NCBI GenBank assembly: GCA_977020255.1
Contig: CDROCS010002422.1
Span: forward strand, 1-64,000
Length of the DNA stretch: 64,000 nt
Reading direction: 5' to 3'
DNA from: Obrimoposthia wandeli
Taxonomy: Eukaryota
In this document: positions 17,924 through 27,473 of the stretch, in pieces
How the letters are laid out: the number at the start of each line of letters is the position of its first letter
Position numbering within the stretch: the first letter of the stretch is position 1
Program-made: the position numbers and the translations under genes
The notes under the pieces: generated by a model
Told to the model about the DNA's origin: nothing
Seen by the model: the letters and a program-made list of their open reading frames with translations, nothing else
Databases searched by the model: none

Positions 17924-19894
17924 ATGATGAGCTTTTGGCGCTTTAACTTTACTCCACTTGATACTTATAAGGTAATCGAAGGCGAGTACGATTATTTTTT
18001 AGTACTATTATCTTTTATCATCTCCTTTCTAGCTGCGTATGCATTATTAGTTGTTCTTGAACGAGCATGGAAAAGTAAAACTGAGAAAACGTTATTACTT
18101 TGGAATGTCTTCGGTAGTATTGTCTTTGGCCTTGGAGTTTGGGCTATGCATTTCACTGGTATGCTTGCTTTCATGCTACCTTTAACAATGCACTTGAACA
18201 TAGAACTGACCCTCCTTTCAGTATTTTTCCCGATGATTGGTGCTTATTTTTCATTGAAACGATTAGCAAAGGAATGCTTTACTCTGGCCTCGATTCATTG
18301 GAGCGCTTTATTTCTTGCTCTTGGCATAGGCTCCATGCACTTTACCGGTATGGAAGCAATGATGGTTGATGCTGTAATGATTTATCACCCACCACTATTT
18401 GTTCTTTCAATTATTATCGCCTACCTGCTAGCAACAATCGCAATCAATTTAATCAAGAAATTTAACTCAAATGTTACTCATGTATTAATAACTAAAGTTT
18501 TTTGCGCAATAGCGATGGGCTCCTCTGTGGCTTTTATGCATTATACTGCGATGTCTGCAGTTTCCTTTCACACAAATATAGATAAAATAACCAATGGCCC
18601 GGTGATGAATGATCAGGCCATTACCTTATCATTAATCATTACTGGGATTATTTTCATAATAGTGGTGACAACCATATTCTGTGCGTTAATCGAAGACAAA
18701 TTATCCACAGCGTCGCAAACCGTTGAAGACAGTGAGATTAGAGAAAAAAATATTGTAGAGCACATGGCTGACGGTCTGCTGACAATTAATTCATTAGGCA
18801 TTATCGAAAGCATTAACTTTTCTGGAGAGGCAATATTTGATAGTAAGCGGGAGCTCATCATTGGTAGCAATATTTGCACTGTGATGAAAATAGAACAAAT
18901 AAATAAAACATCATCAAACTTACTGTATGACGTTCTAGAAGGTTTCTTAGGACAAACCCTCATCATAGACGGCATAAAAAACAAGGATGATATATTTCCA
19001 ATAGAAGTAACTTTTTCAAAAATATCTATACAAAACAAGTATATATTTAATTGTATCGCGCGTGACATCACCCAACGAATAACATTGGAGAACCAACTTA
19101 GACAAGCACAAAAGCTAGAATCTATTGGTCAGCTTTCCGCGGGCATTGCCCATGAGATTAATACACCCATGCAATTTGTTGGTGATAATTTAAACTTCAT
19201 TGCGGATTCTACTAAAGACTTTATGAACTATCAAAAACAGTTAGAACTTATCATTCACAGTGTAAATCAGAGCGAGTTAACAGAGCAGCTCAATCAAGCA
19301 AAACAACAATTTGATATAGAATTTTTAGAAGAAGAAACGCCCCAAGCAATTGATCAATCTATCGACGGCGTCGCCAGAGTATCTAAGATCGTATCAGCAA
19401 TGAAAGAATTTTCACATCCAGGTAAGGAAAACAAACAAAAAATAGACATCAACAAATCTATTGAAAGTACCACTATTGTCGCTCGTAACGAATGGAAATT
19501 CTTAGCCGATTTACAATTAGATTTTGCTGATAACCTGCCTAAAGTTAACTGTTTTCCAGGGGAAATAAACCAAGTTATTTTAAATATGATCGTTAATGCT
19601 TGTCATGCTATTAAAGACTTAACACAAGGAACAGAAAAAGGACACATACTCATTAGCACCTTAGAAGGTGCTGGAAAGATTCTCATAAAGATTAAAGATG
19701 ATGGTGCGGGAATGGACAAAAAAACAGTAGAACGGGTATTCGATCCGTTTTTTACCACCAAAGAAATAGGCCAAGGGACAGGTCAAGGGCTATCGTTAGC
19801 CTATGCTGTTATTGTGGAAAAACATGCTGGGGAGATATCCGTTGAATCTACTCCTAATAATGGAACCACTTTCATCATCCAGCTGCCAATTTAG
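17924..19894 (+). CDS. MHYT-PAS sensor histidine kinase
   Basis: Three MHYT-type repeats (AMHFTGM, SMHFTGM, FMHYTAM), PAS region, H-box AHEINTP, N-box NMIVNACHA, G-boxes DDGAGM, FFTTK, GTGQGL. Confidence 0.9.
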   Translation: MMSFWRFNFTPLDTYKVIEGEYDYFLVLLSFIISFLAAYALLVVLERAWKSKTEKTLLLWNVFGSIVFGLGVWAMHFTGMLAFMLPLTMHLNIELTLLSVFFPMIGAYFSLKRLAKECFTLASIHWSALFLALGIGSMHFTGMEAMMVDAVMIYHPPLFVLSIIIAYLLATIAINLIKKFNSNVTHVLITKVFCAIAMGSSVAFMHYTAMSAVSFHTNIDKITNGPVMNDQAITLSLIITGIIFIIVVTTIFCALIEDKLSTASQTVEDSEIREKNIVEHMADGLLTINSLGIIESINFSGEAIFDSKRELIIGSNICTVMKIEQINKTSSNLLYDVLEGFLGQTLIIDGIKNKDDIFPIEVTFSKISIQNKYIFNCIARDITQRITLENQLRQAQKLESIGQLSAGIAHEINTPMQFVGDNLNFIADSTKDFMNYQKQLELIIHSVNQSELTEQLNQAKQQFDIEFLEEETPQAIDQSIDGVARVSKIVSAMKEFSHPGKENKQKIDINKSIESTTIVARNEWKFLADLQLDFADNLPKVNCFPGEINQVILNMIVNACHAIKDLTQGTEKGHILISTLEGAGKILIKIKDDGAGMDKKTVERVFDPFFTTKEIGQGTGQGLSLAYAVIVEKHAGEISVESTPNNGTTFIIQLPI

Positions 19895-20104
19895 CCGGCA
19901 TCATAAAACCTGTAATTAAGCTATCGAACACTCTTTTACTTCGTTGTTGGTGTTATTGTTAGCGGGTTTCATCGAAACTGCAAGTCTCGCTGGAAGCCGC
20001 TAGATATCCATTCTAAATGACTTAACTGGACCTAACCTTGTTCGAATAGATGACTGATTTTTCCCGAATACTAGCAATACCTCTGACAACCAGATTTTTA
20101 CATT

Positions 20105-23100
20105 TTATTTACTATCGAAATCAGAGAAGTCCACTCCCCGTTTAATTGAATAGGTGCGCATCGCGCGCAGCGTTCCCACTGTACCAGTTAAATGCCCGGC
20201 CACCGAACGCATGATGCTAGAGGCCACCATCGCGTCATTTTCAATGACGGCCATCAATTCGCTAGCACCAATACGCAAGAACATACTGTCTTCTATGGCC
20301 ACAAGATCGAGATTGCGGCGCTCATTCAAGATGACAGATAAATCTCCAATCAAGCGTCCTGGTTTTACTTCTGAGATCAAGCGCCGTTCGCCATCTTCCG
20401 CTGTCCAGTACAACCCCGCCGAACCTTTGATACACAGATATGCCGCATCGGCTTCCTCTTCCATTGCAAAGATCTTACGGCCGGATTCAGCGGTGTACCA
20501 CTGGGTACCAAAGGCGAGTAATCGCTGCTGCTTGCGATCGAGCCCACTGAACATCTCTGTCTTGGAAATTACCTCAATTTTACGATTCAGGTCCTGGCGT
20601 GCATCTGTATCTTGTGCCACTTCCTGTCGGGCTGCACCATCAATCCGCCCGTCAACAATTTCCACGAACAGATCGTAATTCTCAGGGTTTAAAATCTGCT
20701 TCTCAATAAAGATCTTGGTTGTATCTGGCATCAAATTACTGACTCGCTCCCTCATCAAATCACGTGCTTCGCTATCATGGCTGGCGAGAGAGTTTGCCAA
20801 GATCAAAATATCTGGCTTTTTAATTCCCGCTCGGCTGAAAGCCACACGCTCTTTGAAAACAGCGGGTAGATTATCACCTCCCGAGGCGGTCACCAGATCA
20901 TAAATGGACTCTGCCGCTAACTGTCGTAGTCCATGCTCACAAATAACCTCAACCACAATACCCTCGATCAAACTCTCACGCGCACCCGCCATTCTCGATA
21001 TTCGCCCGAAAATTGCATTGCCCATCACTGTCATCACTGGAATATACTTCTGTGGATCGATGGTCTCAAATAGTCCTTCTAATTCTTGCACCATTTGTAA
21101 CCCGCTGGTCTTACGGATCTGCAGCACATGCTCCTTGAAATCCTCACTGAACGCCGGGCCCATCTGTTCCGCCGAAAATGCAAAAGGCACGGTCAGCAAC
21201 AGTGCATAGTCCTCGTAGGCCAATCCTTCATCCCCAACTTCTCGTCGTTTTTTAAAAATCGCAGCTAGGCGTTGATAGAGCGCTTCGTCCATATTCAAAC
21301 GCTGGAATAGAGGGTGGTCAGTGCCATTATTGCCAAAGGTTGCAGTCAGGCTTTCAATCAAAGTGACAGACATTTGAATCAGTTCGTCGGTAATCCCCTG
21401 CTTGCGGATAACACCTACAAAATGCTCATCTTGTGACAAGGATACTTGTGTCAACACACGGGTGGGCATAGCATACAGAAGATTACTGCCTAGAGGAGAG
21501 ACTGGGTTGAACTTATCAGGATGAAAGCTATGAACAATATCACCTAAACCTGCCTGCGCGATACGTTTTGCGATTTCGGGGCGTAAGCGCACAATGGCAT
21601 CGGCCAATTGCTGGCGCCCACCAAATTTAAGCTGTGAGCGCAAGGTGCGACGCACCATGAAATCATCGACGCCCATCGCCTGGACCAATTGGAACCACCA
21701 CTGGCGGATTTCATCTGAAGTCTCTAGTCCCGCCACCTTAGGATCAATCCAATCAGTATCAAACGGATCCATACTATTGCCAGATTGCTCTGCTTTTAAG
21801 CGAAAACTTTCAACGTCTGAGTGGGCGTTCTTACCCTCTATAGGTTTGTTTTTGAAAGGAATTAAAATATTTTCACCCAACGTGCCCCGCAGAATATGCG
21901 GATTTGAATGGGCATATCCAACGCAGTTAGCTAAGGTCACCTGATGTATGCTGTTCAAATCACGCCCTGCTATTTTTACCGACCCGCGCTGTGGAATAAC
22001 TTCGCGCGTAAGTAAGTCAGCGAATGCCAGGCCCGCAGCTTCATTGTCAGCTTTGACGGCAACACGAGCACCTTTTGGAATAATTAAATTTAAGTCTTCC
22101 AGCACCGTTTGGCCGTCTTCATCACGGACAGTAACACCACTAATTTCGATGTCCCCTTTCAAACTAGAGACCTCATCTGGGGTGCCCTCAAACAAATGAT
22201 CTTCCACCAGAGAGTTCGGTGCAAAACGTTCTGTTACGGCTTCCCATCGCAGTGCCATGTCCTGGGTGGTATTGTAAAAAGCCAGCAAGTCTTTCCAAGG
22301 TGCTGACATATCTTTAAACGCCGCCAAAGCAGCTACCAGTGCCCCGACGGTGATATGCCCCTTGATCGCCAGATAGCCACCAACAGAATAGAAGAAGAAT
22401 GGTGTCAATTGATTGATGAAGTTGTTCAGAAATTTCATAAAAAATTTCTTCTGATAAATAGCAAAACGAAGGTCGTATATATTACCAAGGCGGCTTGAAA
22501 ACAATGACATTCTGTACCGCAACCCTCCATTGACACGAATATCACTCACCCCTGCTGCTGTTTCACCGATATCGGCTGCAAGTTTACGAGTCTCTTGTAT
22601 ACGGCTTTTATTAAGCACATTGATTTGGCGCTGCAACATAGGAATGATCCACGCCTGTAAGGGAATCAAAGCAATTGCGGCCAACCCGAACCAGACACTC
22701 TGTGCGAAAAGAAACACTAATATGGTGATCATCTGGCCTGCTTGAAGCACCGGCTGGGACAACATATCACCCATAATTCCGCCTAGTGGCTCCGCTTCTG
22801 AAGTCACCATCGAAACCAACTCACCTTGACTGGTGCTTCTAAAATACGGCCTTGGAAACCGCAGAATACGGGTTAAAAGTTGATAACGAAATCGTCGTAA
22901 CAACTGTTCAGCGAGTACACCTTTCATGGTATTGAGCCGCATCTTCAATAGCCCATTAGCCAGCACAGCCAAAAGAAACCCGACGCACAAGACCATTAAA
23001 AATTGAACCTGAGTGAGTGCTACGCCTAAAAGAAGCACACCATCATCAATACCACTAATAGCATCATTGATAATCCGTTTGGGTAATTCAAGTGATACAT

Positions 23101-23194
23101 ACAAAATTGGGAAAGTCAGAAGAGTGACCAATAAGAGAATAACCTGGCTTCTCTTCGAGTATTTCCAGATGAATTTAAAAATGCTCTTTTCCAT
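20105..23194 (-). CDS. ABC exporter-like TMD + degenerate NBD + C-terminal cyclic-nucleotide-binding domain fusion
   Basis: Type-IV exporter TMD (SQGELVSMVTSEAE, ITVGALVAALAA); NBD scaffold with lost motifs; C-terminal CNB fold (IFAMEEEADAAYLCIKG...GRLIGDLSVI). Confidence 0.75.
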   Translation of the reverse strand: MEKSIFKFIWKYSKRSQVILLLVTLLTFPILYVSLELPKRIINDAISGIDDGVLLLGVALTQVQFLMVLCVGFLLAVLANGLLKMRLNTMKGVLAEQLLRRFRYQLLTRILRFPRPYFRSTSQGELVSMVTSEAEPLGGIMGDMLSQPVLQAGQMITILVFLFAQSVWFGLAAIALIPLQAWIIPMLQRQINVLNKSRIQETRKLAADIGETAAGVSDIRVNGGLRYRMSLFSSRLGNIYDLRFAIYQKKFFMKFLNNFINQLTPFFFYSVGGYLAIKGHITVGALVAALAAFKDMSAPWKDLLAFYNTTQDMALRWEAVTERFAPNSLVEDHLFEGTPDEVSSLKGDIEISGVTVRDEDGQTVLEDLNLIIPKGARVAVKADNEAAGLAFADLLTREVIPQRGSVKIAGRDLNSIHQVTLANCVGYAHSNPHILRGTLGENILIPFKNKPIEGKNAHSDVESFRLKAEQSGNSMDPFDTDWIDPKVAGLETSDEIRQWWFQLVQAMGVDDFMVRRTLRSQLKFGGRQQLADAIVRLRPEIAKRIAQAGLGDIVHSFHPDKFNPVSPLGSNLLYAMPTRVLTQVSLSQDEHFVGVIRKQGITDELIQMSVTLIESLTATFGNNGTDHPLFQRLNMDEALYQRLAAIFKKRREVGDEGLAYEDYALLLTVPFAFSAEQMGPAFSEDFKEHVLQIRKTSGLQMVQELEGLFETIDPQKYIPVMTVMGNAIFGRISRMAGARESLIEGIVVEVICEHGLRQLAAESIYDLVTASGGDNLPAVFKERVAFSRAGIKKPDILILANSLASHDSEARDLMRERVSNLMPDTTKIFIEKQILNPENYDLFVEIVDGRIDGAARQEVAQDTDARQDLNRKIEVISKTEMFSGLDRKQQRLLAFGTQWYTAESGRKIFAMEEEADAAYLCIKGSAGLYWTAEDGERRLISEVKPGRLIGDLSVILNERRNLDLVAIEDSMFLRIGASELMAVIENDAMVASSIMRSVAGHLTGTVGTLRAMRTYSIKRGVDFSDFDSK

Positions 23195-23525
23195 TAATTT
23201 TTATCCTAGGGGTTCAATGCTTGCCCGGTACGGTAAACCGTTCGGGCTTACCTATGTAATTTTGGCTCGCTGCTTTAAATAGTAATTTTGAGGTTCGAGC
23301 TATACGCTGTAACAGCCACCTGATACTTGCCACCACAGCAATGTTTTAACTATACCTAATATTTAGGTGCGAGCAGCTACTTTAGCTACTCGATGCATAA
23401 ATGAATAAATACTGTAGACAGTGTTGGGTTCATTTCTTTTGGTGATCAAAGCTTCCACTTCCTGCTATTACCCCTACCTGCATCCCGTAAGCAAAAAAGC
23501 GAACCAATGAACAGAACAAGCCTGT

Positions 23526-24158
23526 CTAGTAATCACCTAAATACTCTATTTTTCGATAGCCTAATTTGATAACCTCATTATTTTGCAATGTATTCAAGTT
23601 AATTCCAATTGCTTCTTTGGTTACACCTAACATTGCGGCAAGTTCAGATTGTGAAATACAAATAGATGAGCTCATTTTCCACCTGCACAGTTGTTGCAGT
23701 GTCGTTTCAATTCTCGCGCTTAACGACATAAACACTGATTGTTCGTATACTCTTGCGTAGTATTCAACATAATTAGCTAAGAAGTGGGCAATACTCAAAC
23801 CAATGCTAGCGTCAAATTCTATAATTTGCTCTAATTTTTTTTGGGGCAAGTGTTGGATACGAGTTTTTCCAAGTGCAACAGCATCATTTGGCCTCTTTCC
23901 TGAACCAAAACAACCTATAAACCCAAACCATTGTCCTGCAACTAAATCTATAATTAATAACTCTTTTCCTTCATCACTTAGTTTGCTAATTCGCACCCTT
24001 CCTTTTTCAATAAAATACAGCCCGTCTGCTTTGTCACCAGCAAAATGTACGAACTCACCGTCTAAAGAAGTGATTGGCTTTAAAGATTTATTAACTAAAT
24101 CTCTGGTAGGTAAGCTTATGCTCTGCAACCAATTATAACTAAATGTATCTTTTGTCAT
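23526..24158 (-). CDS. Crp/Fnr family transcriptional regulator
   Basis: cNMP-like barrel GDKADGLYFIEKGRVRI; HTH SQSELAAMLGVTKEAI. Confidence 0.9.
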   Translation of the reverse strand: MTKDTFSYNWLQSISLPTRDLVNKSLKPITSLDGEFVHFAGDKADGLYFIEKGRVRISKLSDEGKELLIIDLVAGQWFGFIGCFGSGKRPNDAVALGKTRIQHLPQKKLEQIIEFDASIGLSIAHFLANYVEYYARVYEQSVFMSLSARIETTLQQLCRWKMSSSICISQSELAAMLGVTKEAIGINLNTLQNNEVIKLGYRKIEYLGDY

Positions 24159-24233
24159 GTAATAACAATCCAGATTGTAGTCTATAAAAAATCGCTATTT
24201 TATAATTTATAGACCATTTTAGGAGACCATGAT

Positions 24234-24725
24234 ATGTATATTAAAACTATTTCAATACTCGCACTGAGTTCTATTTTTACTGTAAATACGCTAGCAGCCG
24301 ATTTACTCCCTACGCAATATACCCTCACTACTGAGATTGCTGAATCTATAGCGAAAGAGGCTATAGCAGAATGTAATAAGTCCCAAGCTAAAGTATCAGT
24401 TTCAATTGTTAATGACCAAGGAAGGCTTGTATATTTTTATCGAGGCAATAACACAGGCAGCAATACTATCCACACAAGTTATAGAAAAGCATATACTTCA
24501 GCCTCACTCAAAGCACCTACTTCAGTATTATCGGAGATCGTTGAAGCAAAAGGTTACAGCCAGCTAGGAAAAATGGAAAATGATATTTTACTTTTAACTG
24601 GAGGGCTGCCAATTTTTTACCAAGGTCAATTGGTTGGAGCTATTGGTCTTTCGGGTTCACCTAACCCAAAATTAGAGGAAGCATGTGGCACTCAGGGGCT
24701 AACAGTGTTAGAACAACCTCAATAA
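24234..24725 (+). CDS. GlcG/HbpS-like heme-binding secreted protein
   Basis: Signal peptide; VSVSIVNDQG, RKAYTSAS, GGLPI...LVGAIGLSG. Confidence 0.85.
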   Translation: MYIKTISILALSSIFTVNTLAADLLPTQYTLTTEIAESIAKEAIAECNKSQAKVSVSIVNDQGRLVYFYRGNNTGSNTIHTSYRKAYTSASLKAPTSVLSEIVEAKGYSQLGKMENDILLLTGGLPIFYQGQLVGAIGLSGSPNPKLEEACGTQGLTVLEQPQ

Positions 24726-25043
24726 ACTATGACAGAGCTCTGCATAAGTATCAGTTTTATACTTAGCTGGCTTACTTTTCAATAATGATAAAATCAAGAA
24801 TTTAAAATGCGATATTATCGTTTTTTTTAACAACCGGCAGCCAATTAACGCTTAATAACCATTCCTTAGAACGGGCTATCGTGTCTCATTCTCTGGTAAT
24901 CCACAAAGCGATAAAAAGGCTGCTCCTTTCATAATATTAGCGATGATTACTACCAAATAAAAAAATGATTTTTTTGCATAGCTAATATTATCAAAGGCTA
25001 TCTAATTTTCAGTCGAGAGTTATGCTGTGTTCTCAGACTGTCA

Positions 25044-25472
25044 TTACTTCTCTGGAAGCTCTACTATTCTCCAATAATGGTCTAATAACTCAACTAAATC
25101 CACAAACCCATTTTGCAGCTTCTCTTTCACAATATAACCTGCAATATTTTGATTGTATGCGGCAAACATATCTTCATCATCCTTACTGGTAGTTAAGACA
25201 AAGACTAAACTACTCCTCAGGCTTTTATCGTTTCTCAATTCCTCTAGCATTTCTAGCCCGCCCATTCTGGGCATATTTAAATCAAGTATTATTATGTATG
25301 GGCAATATACAGAACCTTTTCTTAATAACTCCAAAGCCATAATGCCATCTTTAGCACGAACAATAGGATTCGCTATTTTTAATTTACTAAAAGCACGCTG
25401 AACAATCATCGCGTCAATGTCGTCATCTTCAACAAGCAGTATAGTCGCCTGTTTATAATTCAGCTTAGTCAT
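25044..25472 (-). CDS. Single-domain response regulator (Rcp1-like)
   Basis: LLVEDDDID, ILDLNMPRMGG, VLTTS, GYIVK. Confidence 0.9.
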   Translation of the reverse strand: MTKLNYKQATILLVEDDDIDAMIVQRAFSKLKIANPIVRAKDGIMALELLRKGSVYCPYIIILDLNMPRMGGLEMLEELRNDKSLRSSLVFVLTTSKDDEDMFAAYNQNIAGYIVKEKLQNGFVDLVELLDHYWRIVELPEK

Positions 25473-25481
25473 ATATATTCC

Positions 25482-27368
25482 CTATTTAGGCCATGTGAAA
25501 GTGAAACATGTGCCATTCTCTCCATCAGATTGAACTATTATCGAGCCGTCTTGGTAATCAAGCAATTTTTTTATAATAGAAAGTCCCATACCACTTCCCT
25601 CTACTTCATCACGCGGTTTTAATGTTTTAAATAATTCAAAAATTTGTTTATGATATTGTACAGGAATGCCTGGACCATTATCTTGCACAGAAAACTCATA
25701 ATGCTTTGAGTGCTCTTCTGCACTAATCGTTATAATACTGTCTATTTTATTATTATGTTTAATAGCATTGCCAATCAAGTTTCGGATGATAGTTTCAAAT
25801 GGAACTATTCTTGTGTTGATAATAGGCATGACCTCTTGAACAATTAAAGTAGTACTATCAGGAGGGCTTAGTAATTCGAATACATTCAACATAAGCTCTT
25901 TCGTATCAATTGTCTCGGTATCTCCTATTTTTCGACCTACACGAGAATAATCTAACAAATCCTCTAATAGTTTTTCCAAACGTGAGGTTCTATTCATAAG
26001 TAGCTTTAAATTGGATTTGGTCTCATCATTGGCATAATCAACTATGTCTTCTTCAATCCAAGCCGATAACTGCATAATGCCACGCAAAGGCGCTTTTAAG
26101 TCATGAGAGGCGACATAGGCAAAATCATTTAAATCTTTGTTTGATCGAGCCAATTCTTTTGCTCTTTGTTCAGCGTTCACTTTAGCGGCTTCAGACTCAT
26201 CCATTAAACGAGACATAATCACTCGTTGCTCTGTTAATTCGCCTATGTGCTCATTTAACTCATCGTTTTTTTGAGCTAACAACTCCGTTCTTTCGCTAAC
26301 TTTCGTTTCAAGCCTAGCGTTTTGGCTTTGTAATTGTGCACCTAAACTGCGGATACTGCGCGACCTAACAATAGATATATTTAAAGCATATATAGCAATT
26401 GCCAATAACAAACTGATAATAACTCCGCCTAATAAAATCCAATTGATAATGATAGGGTAGTTAACGCTTTGCTCTAATTTATTATCTAAATATATACTCA
26501 ATTGCCAATGACGGTCTGGAATGGCAATACTATAATCAAAGTGAGTGGTATCGGTATTTTGACCATACAGCACCCCACCATCTTCCTTGTCTAAATCTAA
26601 TAAAACTAACGAAAACTTTTCTTTGTCAGCTTGTTCGCGAGCACTTTGCATTAAAGAGTCAATCCTAAATACACCTGTCACATAACCCAACAAGGCTTTT
26701 CTACGCTCTTCTTTACTCGTTAGCTTCTCATTTTGTTTATAAACGGGTGCTATAATTAAAAAACCGTATGAGCTTCCCTCTTCTTGTACTAGCTTAATTT
26801 TTGCTGTTATTGTCGTATTACCGCTGTCACGTGCGTATTTTAGTGATTCACTTCTCGTGCTATTGCTGTTTAAATCAAAGCCTTGTGCACCTTTGTTTTT
26901 CTCGTAGGGGCTAATAAAAGTGACGGGGGTGTAGAAACTTGCTGGTAGACTTTTTATTAATTTACCGGCTTCATTTCGCTGCTTAATATTAAAATCAGCT
27001 TGCTGACCTTTCATCATTATTTCAAATTCTGCACGTTCAGTATCAGTAACTAACGGCACCCAGCTTAGTGCTTGAATATAATCACTATTTTCAATATCTA
27101 AGACTTGCATATACGTATTGAACGCGGCTTGCGACGGATTATATTGCCCAGCGCTGTAAAAGGCTTGTAGCGCTTTCAAATCATTGAATGCGATAGCAAT
27201 TGAATCTTGATATCGTATAGAAACTTGTTTGGCGATATTCTCTATTTTTAGGTAACTTTGTTGTTTTAACTCATCTTTAACTAATATCGATAAATAGTAG
27301 GTACTAAAAATACCAATAAAACTAATAACAGCAGCGAAAGTCAGTGATTTAAATGAGAGCTTATTCAT
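25482..27368 (-). CDS. CHASE-domain sensor histidine kinase
   Basis: TM-CHASE (QALSWVP, GAQGFDLNS..R)-TM; H-box ASHDLKAPLRGI; NLIGNAIKH, DNGPGI, GSGMGL. Confidence 0.9.
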   Translation of the reverse strand: MNKLSFKSLTFAAVISFIGIFSTYYLSILVKDELKQQSYLKIENIAKQVSIRYQDSIAIAFNDLKALQAFYSAGQYNPSQAAFNTYMQVLDIENSDYIQALSWVPLVTDTERAEFEIMMKGQQADFNIKQRNEAGKLIKSLPASFYTPVTFISPYEKNKGAQGFDLNSNSTRSESLKYARDSGNTTITAKIKLVQEEGSSYGFLIIAPVYKQNEKLTSKEERRKALLGYVTGVFRIDSLMQSAREQADKEKFSLVLLDLDKEDGGVLYGQNTDTTHFDYSIAIPDRHWQLSIYLDNKLEQSVNYPIIINWILLGGVIISLLLAIAIYALNISIVRSRSIRSLGAQLQSQNARLETKVSERTELLAQKNDELNEHIGELTEQRVIMSRLMDESEAAKVNAEQRAKELARSNKDLNDFAYVASHDLKAPLRGIMQLSAWIEEDIVDYANDETKSNLKLLMNRTSRLEKLLEDLLDYSRVGRKIGDTETIDTKELMLNVFELLSPPDSTTLIVQEVMPIINTRIVPFETIIRNLIGNAIKHNNKIDSIITISAEEHSKHYEFSVQDNGPGIPVQYHKQIFELFKTLKPRDEVEGSGMGLSIIKKLLDYQDGSIIVQSDGENGTCFTFTWPK

Positions 27369-27473
27369 GTTATCAAACCTAGGTAAACTATCTCTTTTAT
27401 TGTTTAGAAGTATTTCTTTTATGACTAAAATACTAACTAAGTAATTAGTAAGAATTTATTGTTCACTAAATTG

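Noticed and set aside
20154-23282. Multiple antisense or alternate-frame ORFs within the ABC-cNMP gene (also those inside 11464-13125, 15823-17043, 38207-44188 and the nor genes)
   Set aside because: Shadow ORFs of well-supported genes, with no motifs or RBS support
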